Assembly (NCBI GenBank): GCA_965206645.1
Contig: CBDBKE010000003.1
Coordinates: forward strand, 849,690 to 913,689
Direction: 5' to 3'
DNA: 64,000 nt
Source of the DNA: Terriglobia bacterium
GTDB taxonomy: Bacteria; Acidobacteriota; Terriglobia; JAJPHL01; JAPKYU01
Of this stretch, positions 31,380-41,690 are shown one piece after another. The position numbers were made by a program, and so were the translations under genes. The number at the start of each line of letters is the position of its first letter. Positions within the stretch are counted from its first letter, which is position 1. The notes beneath the pieces are model-generated. The model made no database searches. It saw only the letters and a list, made by a program, of their open reading frames with translations, and was not told where the DNA came from.

Positions 31380-31421
31380 GGGCGGTTAGCTCAGTTGGTC
31401 AGAGCGCCTGCCTTACAAGCA
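31380..31421 (+). pseudogene. tRNA-Val (TAC) 5' half, att-like remnant
   Basis: GGGCGGTTAGCTCAGTTGGTCAGAGCGCCTGCCTTACAAGCA, then non-tRNA sequence; no T-arm or CCA. Confidence 0.85.
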
Positions 31422-31629
31422 CTGAACTCCTCTCTATTGCGTCTATCTGCTTCTATATTGTTCAATAACTTAGGGACTCTGCTTTTCGCTCAAAGCTAAT
31501 CCCAACCGACTCAGATTCGGGGGTTTTGTCACGGTTTTGTCACGGTCGTAAATCGGTCCTCGCAAGTCCCTTACACAGTTTATTCACACCTCGTCACCAG
31601 GCATTCCTCCCCACGAAATCGTCACCTAC

Positions 31630-32036
31630 ATTCATCACGCCGGGAATCTCGGCGCTTCAGCTCCAGAGACAACTGGGGTTGAGCCGCTACGAGACCTCCT
31701 GGACGATGCTCCAGCGCCTGAGGGCAGCGATGGTTCGACCAAAGCGGGACAGAATATCGGGACCCGTAAAAGTCGACGAGACCTACGTGGGAGGTCGGGC
31801 GAGCTGGCGGTCGGTTACGCAACAGCAAAAAAGTCATTGTAGTTGGGGCAGTTGAGGCCCGAGGTCGGTGATCGGGGCGCATTCGCCTGGCCGCTGTAAA
31901 AGATGTATCGGCAGCGTCACTTGCCACCTTCGTCGAGCAATCCGTGGCGCCTGGAAGCATCGTTCTGACTGATGCTTGGCAAGGCTACGCACCACTCGGA
32001 ATGCGGGGTTACGATCACCGGCCGAAGACGCAGGGG
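31630..32036 (+). pseudogene. IS1595-family transposase fragment
   Basis: GISALQLQRQLG..WTMLQRLR..VDETYVGG, later VLTDAW. Confidence 0.75.
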
Positions 32037-32186
32037 TGACCTGACCGGCACTTTTTGTACCAAGTGGAAAGAGAGAGAATCCACTTGAGGAGGAAGTCAG
32101 GTCATGCCAACCCGGAATTACAAACCAGAGCAGATCGTAACGATCCTACGGCAGATTGAGGTGCAGATGGCGAACGGGAAGACCAG
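32037..32186 (+). mobile_element. IS3 left-end fragment (same TIR as copies 1 and 2)
   Basis: TGACCTGACCGGCACTTTTTGTACCAAGTGG then MPTRNYKPEQ. Confidence 0.85.
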
Positions 32187-32251
32187 CAATCTATCCCGGG
32201 ACGTCCGCTGCCATCATCGGTGCGCTAAAGCGTGGCCGGCATTGCGACCAT

Positions 32252-32545
32252 TCATGGTTCGTCGTGTCTAACCTTTTGCCGCAGGAGTTGGTCCACGTCT
32301 ACCACCTTCCCGCCCCGGCGAACCTCGGGCAACGACTCGCGTCCTTTTGCTTGTTCAAGATCCTCCATATCGAGCCGCTGAAGCTCGCGCTTGAGATGAA
32401 AGGTCTCACGCTCGGCCTTGATCGCCGTCTTCAGCGCAGGCGATTTCGGCGTCAGTTCCCGCCGTAACTTGAAGGCGACCTCGGACAGGCCGACGTGAGC
32501 CTCGGCTACCGTTCTGAGCAGATACTGGCGTTCGTCTTCGGTCAT
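32252..32545 (-). CDS. Hypothetical helical protein
   Basis: MTEDERQYLL.. ORF with protein-like composition. Confidence 0.5.
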   Translation of the reverse strand: MTEDERQYLLRTVAEAHVGLSEVAFKLRRELTPKSPALKTAIKAERETFHLKRELQRLDMEDLEQAKGRESLPEVRRGGKVVDVDQLLRQKVRHDEP

Positions 32546-32686
32546 GTTCGTCAGAATTGTACGAAACTGAGACACTACCACCAATTGACTTGCGGCGCAT
32601 CGACATCCACCCTACTCTAATCTTTCGATCCGGGGCCAACTCCTGGCATGGAGGAGTGAATTGCATACTGAAAACTCCCCGTTCGA

Positions 32687-33148
32687 ATGGGAGGAACTAT
32701 GAGGACCGCTCATTCCAGAGCTTCCGCTTCTTCTCGATGGCGTTACTGGAAGACGCCGGTGCTGTTTGGCATCGGATTCTGTGTCCTGCAACTTCTGGTC
32801 GCCCTAGCCCGATTCGGCTCCATGGATTCTTGGAATCCAGCGGAATTGCTGTTTGCGATTCCGGCCATACTGTCCGGACTGATCCTGTTCTTTCTGGGCG
32901 GCTTGCTGATCGGGTTGCTGGCGCAACGCTTCTTGAGAGGAGTTGTCGGGTCCTGGCGCAGAGGGTTATGGGTCGCCATCGCGGTGGCGACTCCGCTTGC
33001 CGTACTGTTCAGCCTTGTCGGCGGATTGCTCGGCCCCCATATGGTGGTTATAGGTGCCCTCGTTCCGTACCTGCTCCTGGTCGGAATCCCTCTGTTGATC
33101 CGGCAATTCGTGCAGCGTCTCCGCAGTCCGCCTAGACCGGAGGAGTGA
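32687..33148 (+). CDS. Hypothetical membrane protein (about 4 TM)
   Basis: Four hydrophobic segments. Confidence 0.65.
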   Translation: MGGTMRTAHSRASASSRWRYWKTPVLFGIGFCVLQLLVALARFGSMDSWNPAELLFAIPAILSGLILFFLGGLLIGLLAQRFLRGVVGSWRRGLWVAIAVATPLAVLFSLVGGLLGPHMVVIGALVPYLLLVGIPLLIRQFVQRLRSPPRPEE

Positions 33149-33174
33149 TTAGCGCCCGTGCCCGGATTGACGGC

Positions 33175-33978
33175 GGTACTGTCAAGTTCAGTGGGAGCGT
33201 GGCAGACTTGGCCGATGAAACGCGACACGCTGAACTACCATGGATATCGATTCCCACCCGACATTATCAGCCACGCCGTCTGGCTGTATCACCGCTTCGG
33301 TGTGAGCTTTCGCGATGTCGAAGATCTCCTGGCCCAACGCGGCATTACGGTGTCCTACGAAGCGATCCGGCTGTGGTGCCTCACGTTCGGTTCAGTATAC
33401 GCTCGCCGGCTCAAGCGTCGACAGGGCCGGCTGGGCGACATCTGGCACCTGGACGAGGTCTTCGTCACCATCCAGGGACAGCGGCGCTATCTCTGGCGTG
33501 CCGTCGATCAAGATGGTGACGTCATCGATATCCTCGTCCAGTCGCGTCGCGACTGTCGGGCGGCTACACGCTTTTTCCGCAAGCTGTTGAAGGGCCAGGA
33601 GCGTACGCCTGGGCGGTTGGTCACCGACAAGCTGAGCAGCTACAGGGCTGCGCACCGAGCGGTCATGCCGTCCGTCGCCCATCGCACGGACCGATACGAG
33701 AACAATCGCGCCGAAGTCTCCCACCAGCCCACACGGCAACGCGAGCGACAAATGCGCCGGTTCAAATCTCCCGGGCAGGCACAACGATTCTTGTCCGTGC
33801 ATGGACTCGTCCGCAACCTCTTCCGCGTTGGCCGTCACCTGGTGCGAGCGGTGCATCATCGGGAGCTACGAGGACGCTCTTTTCTCATTTGGGATGCAGT
33901 CACGATCGCCGCCTGACTCGAACTGAGATCACGATCCCGAGTACCGGCTCGCTCGACGAACGCTAACTTGACAGTACC
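33175..33978 (+). mobile_element. IS6-family element with intact transposase (33215-33916)
   Basis: TIR GGTACTGTCAAGTT; WHLDE, VTDK, NNRAEVSH. Confidence 0.94.
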
Positions 33979-34255
33979 TCCGCCGGGACGCCTCTAGCCA
34001 CAGTCCATCCTCGCAGAATCTCGGGCACCGGTTGGCTGGTCGGGAGCGCCATGGCCTACCACTCCTCCCCCACCTACTGGTAGAAGCAGTAGCATTTTAT
34101 CGAGTTTGGATCGACGGCGTCAAGATCCCAGTGCGGCACAAGCACTTTATTATTCAAATAGTTATGGACGAAGCCGGACGCCGCTGGACCATATGGGCTA
34201 GCAACGGAACCGCTCCTGGTCCTTGCCGAAGAGTGGTCGACCAGCGTGGAGACGG

Positions 34256-34732
34256 TTACCCACGCCTCAACCATCGAGCCAGCGCCTTGTCCGGATCGGG
34301 CAGTTCCTCGATCGAGGCATACCAACTGGCTTCCCAGCCGGTTTCCGGAAGGCCGGTGAACAACATCAAGTTGAGGGGGTAGCCTTCGCTGTCGGTACAA
34401 CGCCGGAAATCGTCCCGGAACAGGAAGACCGGCTTCTCCCAGGCGATCGCCATGCCCAGCTCCACCATGACGCCCTCGTCGGGGGGACAGCCGTTGACAA
34501 CTGCAAATAACCCATCCGCCTCGCGGACGTCGCGAAGATCGGCCTGACCGATCTGGTACGCCCAAGTCGGACTCGTCTGGTCGATCTGGTTGTTGCGGGC
34601 AAACGGCTCCCACACCTCGGCGCCCATCGATTCCAGTTTCTCCACGAGTTCCTGCAGCGGCCCCTCTCGTTGCTGTGCCGAGAAGCCGTACGGATTGGCC
34701 AGATACAGAGTCTTTTTCGATACCATGCTCAT
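34256..34732 (-). CDS. Nucleoside 2-deoxyribosyltransferase family protein
   Basis: LYLANPY.F, ADGLFA, DEGVMVELGMA..KPV. Confidence 0.88.
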   Translation of the reverse strand: MSMVSKKTLYLANPYGFSAQQREGPLQELVEKLESMGAEVWEPFARNNQIDQTSPTWAYQIGQADLRDVREADGLFAVVNGCPPDEGVMVELGMAIAWEKPVFLFRDDFRRCTDSEGYPLNLMLFTGLPETGWEASWYASIEELPDPDKALARWLRRG

Positions 34733-34857
34733 TCCAGCAAACCTCCGGAAGCGGGCCGACGTAAAGCGCGTCGGGCAATTAAACCATATCCCGCCTCACG
34801 CCGTCCCGTGCTCCCGCACACTCTCCCGTCCTCTAAGAATGTACTCGCAGGCCCTTA

Positions 34858-35951
34858 CTGAGTCCCGCATAATATAAGGTAACCATTTAGAGAGGGCGGA
34901 CGTCTTTTGAATATGGGTTTTCCAAAAGGCGTGAAACGAGACTTTTGCCGCGTTGGAGCGGCGGCGGATCAAGGCGGTGCGGCTGGTGGTCGAAGAGGGT
35001 CTCAGCCAAGACGAAGCGGCGCGGCGAGTCAAAGCGGCGCAACAGAGCGTGAGCGGCTGGGTGCGTCAGTACCGCGAACGCGGCGCAGCCGGTCTGGCGA
35101 AGGCTGGGCGTGCCGGCCGCAAGCCGTTGCTGAGCCAGGTGCAACTCGCGCAACTGGAGACTTTCCTTCTCGAAGGCCCTGGAGCCCACGGCTTCCCGAC
35201 ACCGCTGTGGACCTGTCCCCGGGTGGCGCGGTTGATCCAAGACCGTTTTGACGTGCGCTACCACGAAGGTCACGTTTGGAAACTCCTGCGTGCCCTCAAC
35301 TGGAGCCCGCAACGGCCCGTCGGCAAGGCCCGCGAGCGCAACCAGGAAGCGATCCGCAAGTGGAAACGCACGACTTGGCCCGGCATTAAAAAAAAGCCCG
35401 CGAACAGGGGCGCACGATCGTCTTCCTCAACGAAAGCGGACTAAGCCAGAGGCCGCATCGCTGCCGCGCTTGGGCGCCGCGTGGGCAGACGCCCGTACTG
35501 GAGTTCAACTTCAACTGGGAGAAGCTCTCGGCGGCGGCCGGGATCACGTTTCACAACTTCTACTTCCGGCTCTATCCCGACGCCATCCGCGGTCCCGAAG
35601 TGATCGATTTTCTCAAATCCCTGGTGCGGCACATCCGTCGTCCGCTGCTCGTCGTCTGGGATCGGTTGCCGGCGCACAAAAGCGCGCTGGTGCAAGAGTT
35701 CCTGGGCTACTCGGAAGGCTATATCGAGACCGAGTATCTGCCCGCCTACGCGCCCGAGCTCAACCCGGTTGAATACCTCTGGGGCTACTGGAAGCAGCAC
35801 CAGTTGCCGAACGTCTGTCCGAAGGACTACTGGGACCTCGACGCGCGCGCTCGTCAGGCCTTACGCCGTATGCGCAAGCCACGCCTGATCGCCGCCTTTT
35901 GGAAGCAGTCTTCTTTGTCCCTGGATTAACTGAATATTATGCGAGAGTCAG
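34858..35951 (+). mobile_element. IS630-family element, probably inactive
   Basis: TIRs CTGAGTCCCGCATAATAT / CTGACTCTCGCATAATAT with TA duplication; poly-A slippery site near 35390; YAPELNPVE; first DDE Asp reads Asn; extra frameshift near 34947. Confidence 0.9.
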
Positions 35952-36346
35952 TAAGTATGTACGGGCAACTCCAAAGATGCGAGGCGGGATTTCAAATCGC
36001 TGGAGAAGCGCCGTCTACGTGATGAGATCGCCGCCGACCTCAAGCAGGTTGGACGGGAAATTCAAATGATGCCGCAGGAGGTCATCGGGTGGCACATCTA
36101 AGCCTGCATGACAGAAAGGTGGATACGATCTTCCACCTGCTCGGGAAGACCGCGGACGGAATGACCAAAAGCTTTGGCTGGGGTCTGTCACAAGTTCTAT
36201 CTTTTTTAGACCGCCTTGGCAGTGCACTCGGCACGCCCGACCTGAGCGCTCACAACGCCTTTGTTAAGTTGCAGGAGTATCACAACCTGGAACCAGGATC
36301 ACCGATCTTGAGATCTACCCGCGCGGCTAATCTCCAGGACAGTCCA

Positions 36347-39035
36347 CTAGTTATGACGCGTCCACGTTTCGAAGTTCCACAGCTCCGAATCCCAACCGTT
36401 CATCCGGACACCCTCGATGTCGCTTGAGTGAGCCGACACACTTCCGCGGTGAACCAGAGGGATGATCGAGTAGCTTCCAACAAGCAGGTCGTTGAGCGCA
36501 ATCGCGATCTGGTTACGCTGTTCCCTATCGACCGTGTTCTGCAACTCGGCATAGAGCCGATCGTATTGGTCAGACTGGAAGCGCTGGACGTTTCGACCGA
36601 GGAACGAGTTGGCCGCTCCAGCGATCTGGGCGGTGATCCAGGAGCCCATGTAGCTCTCCGGGTCCACGCCGGTTGAGCTGTCGGCGTACATCTGAACGTC
36701 GGCGTAGAACCTGCCCAGGGTGTCCGGGCTGTCCGGGTCACCGCCGAAGAACACCGATGGATCGATATTCTTCAGTTCGGTCTCGACGCCAAGCTCCGCC
36801 CACCAGACCTTGATGCGTTCCTGGGTGGCCTGCCGCACCGAGTTGTCGAAGTCTGGAAGAGGATCTTCAGCGGAACGCCTTCCCGCTCCCGCACGCCATC
36901 GCCATCAGAATCCACGATCCCGGCATCGTCGAGAATCTCTCTCGCGAGAGAGATGTTCTGGACGAGGCATTCATCGTTGTTGGTCGATGCCTGGGCCGGT
37001 GGAGCCGGCCAGACATTGCACGTCGGCCGGCCGGCGTGCTCACCGTAACCGATCCTGACCAAGGTGTCGCGGTCGATTGCCAGTGAAAGAGCCCGGCCGA
37101 CGACCGGATCGATCAAAAACGGGTGCGGGTTCGTGCCGTCTGCATACTCCGAACGAAACTCGCCCAGACTGGCATCCGGATTGGTTTGGTTGATCATAAG
37201 GCGCTCGACTTCCGTGGCGAAAGCCGAGACAACGGTTCCGCTACCGCCCGCCGCCATCGATGCGAGGATTTCGGGTTCGATCTGGAGGTTCCAGGCATAG
37301 TCGGCCTCGTTGAGCTGAAGAACAGACCTCGCCGCAGCGGCCGCGTCCCCCCCTCCTTTTAGGACAACCTCATTAAAATACGGAAGACCGGATTCGACGC
37401 CGCGGTAGAGAGGATTGAACCCGTAGAGGACGGTGTCATTGGTGCGGAAATCGGCCGCGACGTATGGACCCGTGCCGATGGGCCCGAAGTTCGCATCGGT
37501 GCATTCGACCGCCGCCGCGCCCAGGCAGTCGACGAACTGCGAGGCTTGGAGGATCGGGCTGCTATAGGACACAAACGGGGCATAGGGGAACGACGTCGGT
37601 CCATCGAACGTGATGGTGACGGTTCGCTCATCGACTGCATCGACGGAAGCCACATTCTCAAAGCTCGACGATTGGGCACAGCCACCGTCGGGTGCGGTGC
37701 AGTATCGCCACGTAAAAACAATGTTGTTCGCGGTGAGCGACGTGCCGTCGGACCAGACTACATCCTCCCGGATATTCCAGGTGATCCTGGTCCGGTCGGC
37801 CGAGATGCCGCCGTTCTCGAGGGTCGGGACCCGGGTAGCCAGAACAGCGACTATTTCGCCGTTCGGGTTGTACTCGGCAAGCGGCTCGATGACGAGCGAT
37901 GCCGCCTCGACATCCTTGGTGCCGCTGGAGAGGTACGGGTTAAGGATTGTTGGCGCCTGCCAATAGAGGAGTGTTGCGCGCCTGCACTAAGGGAGTCGCC
38001 ACCTGGTGGGCGTCCCTCACTGCCGTTCCCACCCCCTACCAACCCCGGTCGAACACCCTCGTCCAGATAATAGCCGGCTCCGACCAGGATCGGCAGACCA
38101 TAGGCCAAGACCCTCTTGACGAAAGTCACCTTGCGCTGGGGCATTCCGGTCGAGGGATTGCGCGTCGAGTAGTACAGGAAGGTTTCACCGAACGCGTCGC
38201 CGACACTCACCACATCCCGGCCGCCGAAGGGTCCCTCCGCATAGTCGTTCAACTCGGGAGCAAGTGTGCCATACCCCTGGCTGTAGGGATCGCCGCTGAA
38301 CAGCGCGTTGCCGTACGTATCTATGCCAAACAAGTAGATCGAGCCGTTCCTCCAACGCGGATCGGTCGACAGTGTGATGGTGGCGAAGTACCCTTTCGAT
38401 TCCAGCTCCATGGCGGCGCAGCGGACAAACTCCTGCAACTTTTCGTCGCTTGGGGCGGCCTCCAACAAGGCCGCGTTCACTTCCGTGCTATTGCACGTGC
38501 CAGGCAGGTCGCGGCGGTAGATCCCCGCGCCGATCGCGGCGGGGACCCCGTTCCAGTCGATGCTCTTGATGTAGGAAGCCTTCGGTTCATCCCTGCCCGT
38601 CGCTGGGTTGGTGAAGGAGTAGTAGATCCAGCCCTCGCCGAAGTTGTTCACGAGGCGATACTGTTCTTTGAACCAGTCGTTGCCGAAGACATCGATCAGC
38701 AGTCCCCACGGGGCCCCTTCCCGCGACGGGTCGGGTGGGAAGACGAACGCCCGTGCTGTATCAGTCATGGGTGTCACTTCAACAACGAAGAGATAGGTCG
38801 GGCCGCTTCTCCAACGCTCCTCCTCGTGGAAGGCCCGGCGGGCCTCCTCAAACCCGACCTCCTGGACGAACTCGTAGGCGCATTGAACGAACACCTGAAT
38901 GTCCTCCGCTGTGCGCACAGCGCTGGCGACGATGGAGTTATCCGAACAAGACAGAGGTTCAGCGGCGCTGAAAGTCGGCGCGGCGCACAGCAGGATTAAG
39001 AGAATCAGAAATGGGGGGAGACGATGTTTCATCAT
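36347..39035 (-). pseudogene. Secreted tandem Cache-domain + family 5 ABC solute-binding protein fusion, frameshifts near 37975 and 36845
   Basis: Signal peptide; two repeats of FV.CA..W..G..YLF..Y...NP.TG...K..Y/F..K..G.G.Y; then YWQAPTILNPYL, WSDG, PIGTGPY, ELWN. Confidence 0.78.
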
Positions 39036-39257
39036 TATAACCCAGAGATTACCATGAGCAGATATGTTATCAAGAATGCCGTTTCCTGTCCCGGAACTGC
39101 CCTCTGACAACTCCCAGAAGAACAAAGCTCAGCCACAAAGGGGAGACCCGACGCCCTCGAAGAGAAGCTCACCCGGTCCTCCAGCTCGAAATCGCCTCCG
39201 TCACCAACTCGGCGAAGAGACGCACCCAGGAAATCCGCCTGCGGCCACGATTCCAGC

Positions 39258-40056
39258 GGCTTTGTCAAGTTAAGGCAGAATCAGGCACAATTGGCGGATG
39301 AAATCACAATATCGAGGGCATCGCTTTCCAGCTGAAACTATCAGTCACGCCGTCTGGCTGTACCATCGGTTCACGATGAGCTTTCGCGACGTCGAAGACC
39401 TGCTTGCTGAGCGAGGCAGCATCGTTTCTTACGAGGCAATTCGATATTGGTGTCTGAAGTTCGGGCCGGCCTATGCTCGCAATCTGCGGAGGAAGCAGGG
39501 GCGACTCGGCGACATCTGGCATGTAGATGAGCTCTTCATCAAAATCCGAGGTTAGCACTTCTATCTGTGGCGAGCTGTCGATCAGGATGGAGACGTAATC
39601 GATATTCTGGTTACCAAATGTAGAGATCGTCGAGCCGCTACGCGCTTCTTTCGTAAGATGTTGCAATATCAGAAACGACCACCCTGGCAACTGATCACCG
39701 ACAAGCTGCGCAGTTATAGGGCAGCGCATCGAGAGGTCTTTCCTGGCTGTCGTTCATCGCACCGGTCGATACGAGAACAACAGGGCTGAAGCCTCGCATC
39801 AGCCAACGCGTCAGCAAGAACGCCGGATGAGACGGTTCAAATCAATAGAACATACACAACGTTTTCTCTCAGTCCACGGCCCCATTCAGAACTTGTTCCG
39901 AGTCGGTCGTCATCATCTGAAAGCGCACCATCATCGACTCCTCCGCACCCGGGCTTTTTCCGATTGGAAAGAGATGACGTGCGCCTGTTGAGTAATTGCA
40001 AAACTCCATTCGTTTTCGGGAGAATCTTGCCTCGGCTCCGTTAACTTGACAAAGCC
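39258..40056 (+). mobile_element. IS6-family element copy B, 799 bp, same lesions as copy A
   Basis: TIR GGCTTTGTCAAGTTAA; matches 12822-13772 minus the MITE and its TSD. Confidence 0.95.
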
Positions 40057-41690
40057 GTGCTGAGTTTTTCGAGCAGTCCCGTGCGGCGGGGCGGGCGCTG
40101 TTGGCAGGCCGCGCGCACGGCCGCCTCGTCGGCCGCGATCAGTATCTTCGATCGTGCTCGGGTCACGCCGGTGTACAGCAACTCGGGTCCGGCGAGTTCG
40201 TGGGCCTGGGGGGGCAGTACCAGCAGCACCGACTCGAATTCGCTGCCCTGCGAGCGGTGCACCGTCATTGCCCAGGCCGTGTCATGGCTGGGCAGTGCTG
40301 CCAGCGGCACACTGCGGGGTTCCTGGAGGCTGGGAAACCACGCCATGACCCCGCGCCCATCTTGCCTGTCCAGGAGCACGCCGACGTCGCCGTTGAAGAG
40401 TCCGCTGTGGGGATCGTTGGCCGTCACCAGTACGGGGCGACCATGGGTCCATTCGCCGGCAGGTCGCCCCTCGCGACGCAGCCTCGCCTCGACCCGGGCG
40501 TTGATGCCTTCAACGCCATAGCGGCCCCGCCGCAGCGCGCACAGGATACGCACGCGCGCCACAGCGGCCAAGACCAGTGCCGGTTCCGGTGCCCGGACCA
40601 CCTCTATGATCTGCGGCCAGACGTGGCCCAGGGCATCGTCTATCTGTTCGGACGAGTAGTGGGCCAGTTCTTCTCGATACGCGGCGCTGGTTAGGGTTTC
40701 GACCGCTGCCGTGGCTTCGTACTGGCGAATGGCGGCCGCGAGGCGGCTGATCCCCGGGTGCGACTCGAAGCGATAGTTATGGTCCAGTTCGACGCGGCAC
40801 CTGTGCAGGGCCCCGCCATCAGCCGCGACAATCATGTCAGCCAGCACGCGACCCGGCTGCACGCTCTCCAACTGGCGATGGTCGCCGAGCACGACAAGGC
40901 GGGTGCCGCGTCCCAGGGCGGACAGCAACCGGTCCCACAGGGCCAAGTCCAGCATCGACGCCTCGTCGACGACGACCACGTCAGCGGGTAAAGGGTTGCC
41001 GGCATGGAACCGGCAGCGGTCGGTGCGCGGATTCCAGCCCAGGAGTCGGTGCAGCGTGCGCGCCTGGCCGGCCGCGCGCTCCAGTTGGGGACGGACAGGT
41101 GCCAGCGGTCCGTCGAGCGTCCGGGCGGTCCGGCCGATAGCCTCGCCCAGCCGGGCGGCAGCCTTTCCAGTGGGTGCCGCCAGCGCGACGCGGAGTCCAG
41201 AATCGCGGTTCGCCAGGAGGGCCAGCAGGCGCGCCGCCGTGGTGGTCTTGCCCGTCCCGGGACCGCCGGTCACCAGCGTGAGCATTCGCCGGAGGCCCAG
41301 CTCCGCCGTGCGCCGTTGCGCCGATTGCGGGTCAGGAAAGAGCTGCGCGAGATCGTCAGCCGCCTCAGGGGCCGCACGGCCAGTTGGCGTGCGTGCGCCA
41401 GGACCATCCTCATGGGCCAGCGCTCGCAGTCTGGTGGCCACCCGGGTCTCGGCCTGATCCAGGCGCCAGGACTGTAGCCGCGTGCCGCGTAGGACGAGCG
41501 GGGCCGGACCGTTGCCGTCCGTGCCAGTCGTGACGGCAGGGCTGGATGCCAGCAGTTCGGCTTCTTCGTCGCTGAGCTCGAGCGAGGTATGACCGGCGGC
41601 CCACGCGCTGAAGAAGCGACTGAGTACTGGTGTGGCAGCGTCTGGCAGGCCCCACCGGCGCTTCAACATCTGGATGGCGGCCTGGCTCAT
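40041..41690 (-). CDS. recD: Exodeoxyribonuclease V alpha subunit
   Basis: GGPGTGKT, VDEASM, GDHRQL, FNGDVG, TVHRSQGSE, LYTGVTR; last gene of the recCBD operon. Confidence 0.93.
   Translation of the reverse strand: MSQAAIQMLKRRWGLPDAATPVLSRFFSAWAAGHTSLELSDEEAELLASSPAVTTGTDGNGPAPLVLRGTRLQSWRLDQAETRVATRLRALAHEDGPGARTPTGRAAPEAADDLAQLFPDPQSAQRRTAELGLRRMLTLVTGGPGTGKTTTAARLLALLANRDSGLRVALAAPTGKAAARLGEAIGRTARTLDGPLAPVRPQLERAAGQARTLHRLLGWNPRTDRCRFHAGNPLPADVVVVDEASMLDLALWDRLLSALGRGTRLVVLGDHRQLESVQPGRVLADMIVAADGGALHRCRVELDHNYRFESHPGISRLAAAIRQYEATAAVETLTSAAYREELAHYSSEQIDDALGHVWPQIIEVVRAPEPALVLAAVARVRILCALRRGRYGVEGINARVEARLRREGRPAGEWTHGRPVLVTANDPHSGLFNGDVGVLLDRQDGRGVMAWFPSLQEPRSVPLAALPSHDTAWAMTVHRSQGSEFESVLLVLPPQAHELAGPELLYTGVTRARSKILIAADEAAVRAACQQRPPRRTGLLEKLSTALSS

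Noticed and set aside
36068-36330. Fragment LHDRKVDTIFHLLG..SFGWGLS of a conserved hypothetical protein
   Set aside because: Degraded, and I cannot assign a family.
9225-39555. Amber (TAG) recoding suggested by in-frame TAGs in istA, IS6 and IS3 pseudogenes
   Set aside because: Host genes here end in TAG, and the same elements also carry frameshifts, TGA stops or truncations, which points to ordinary decay.
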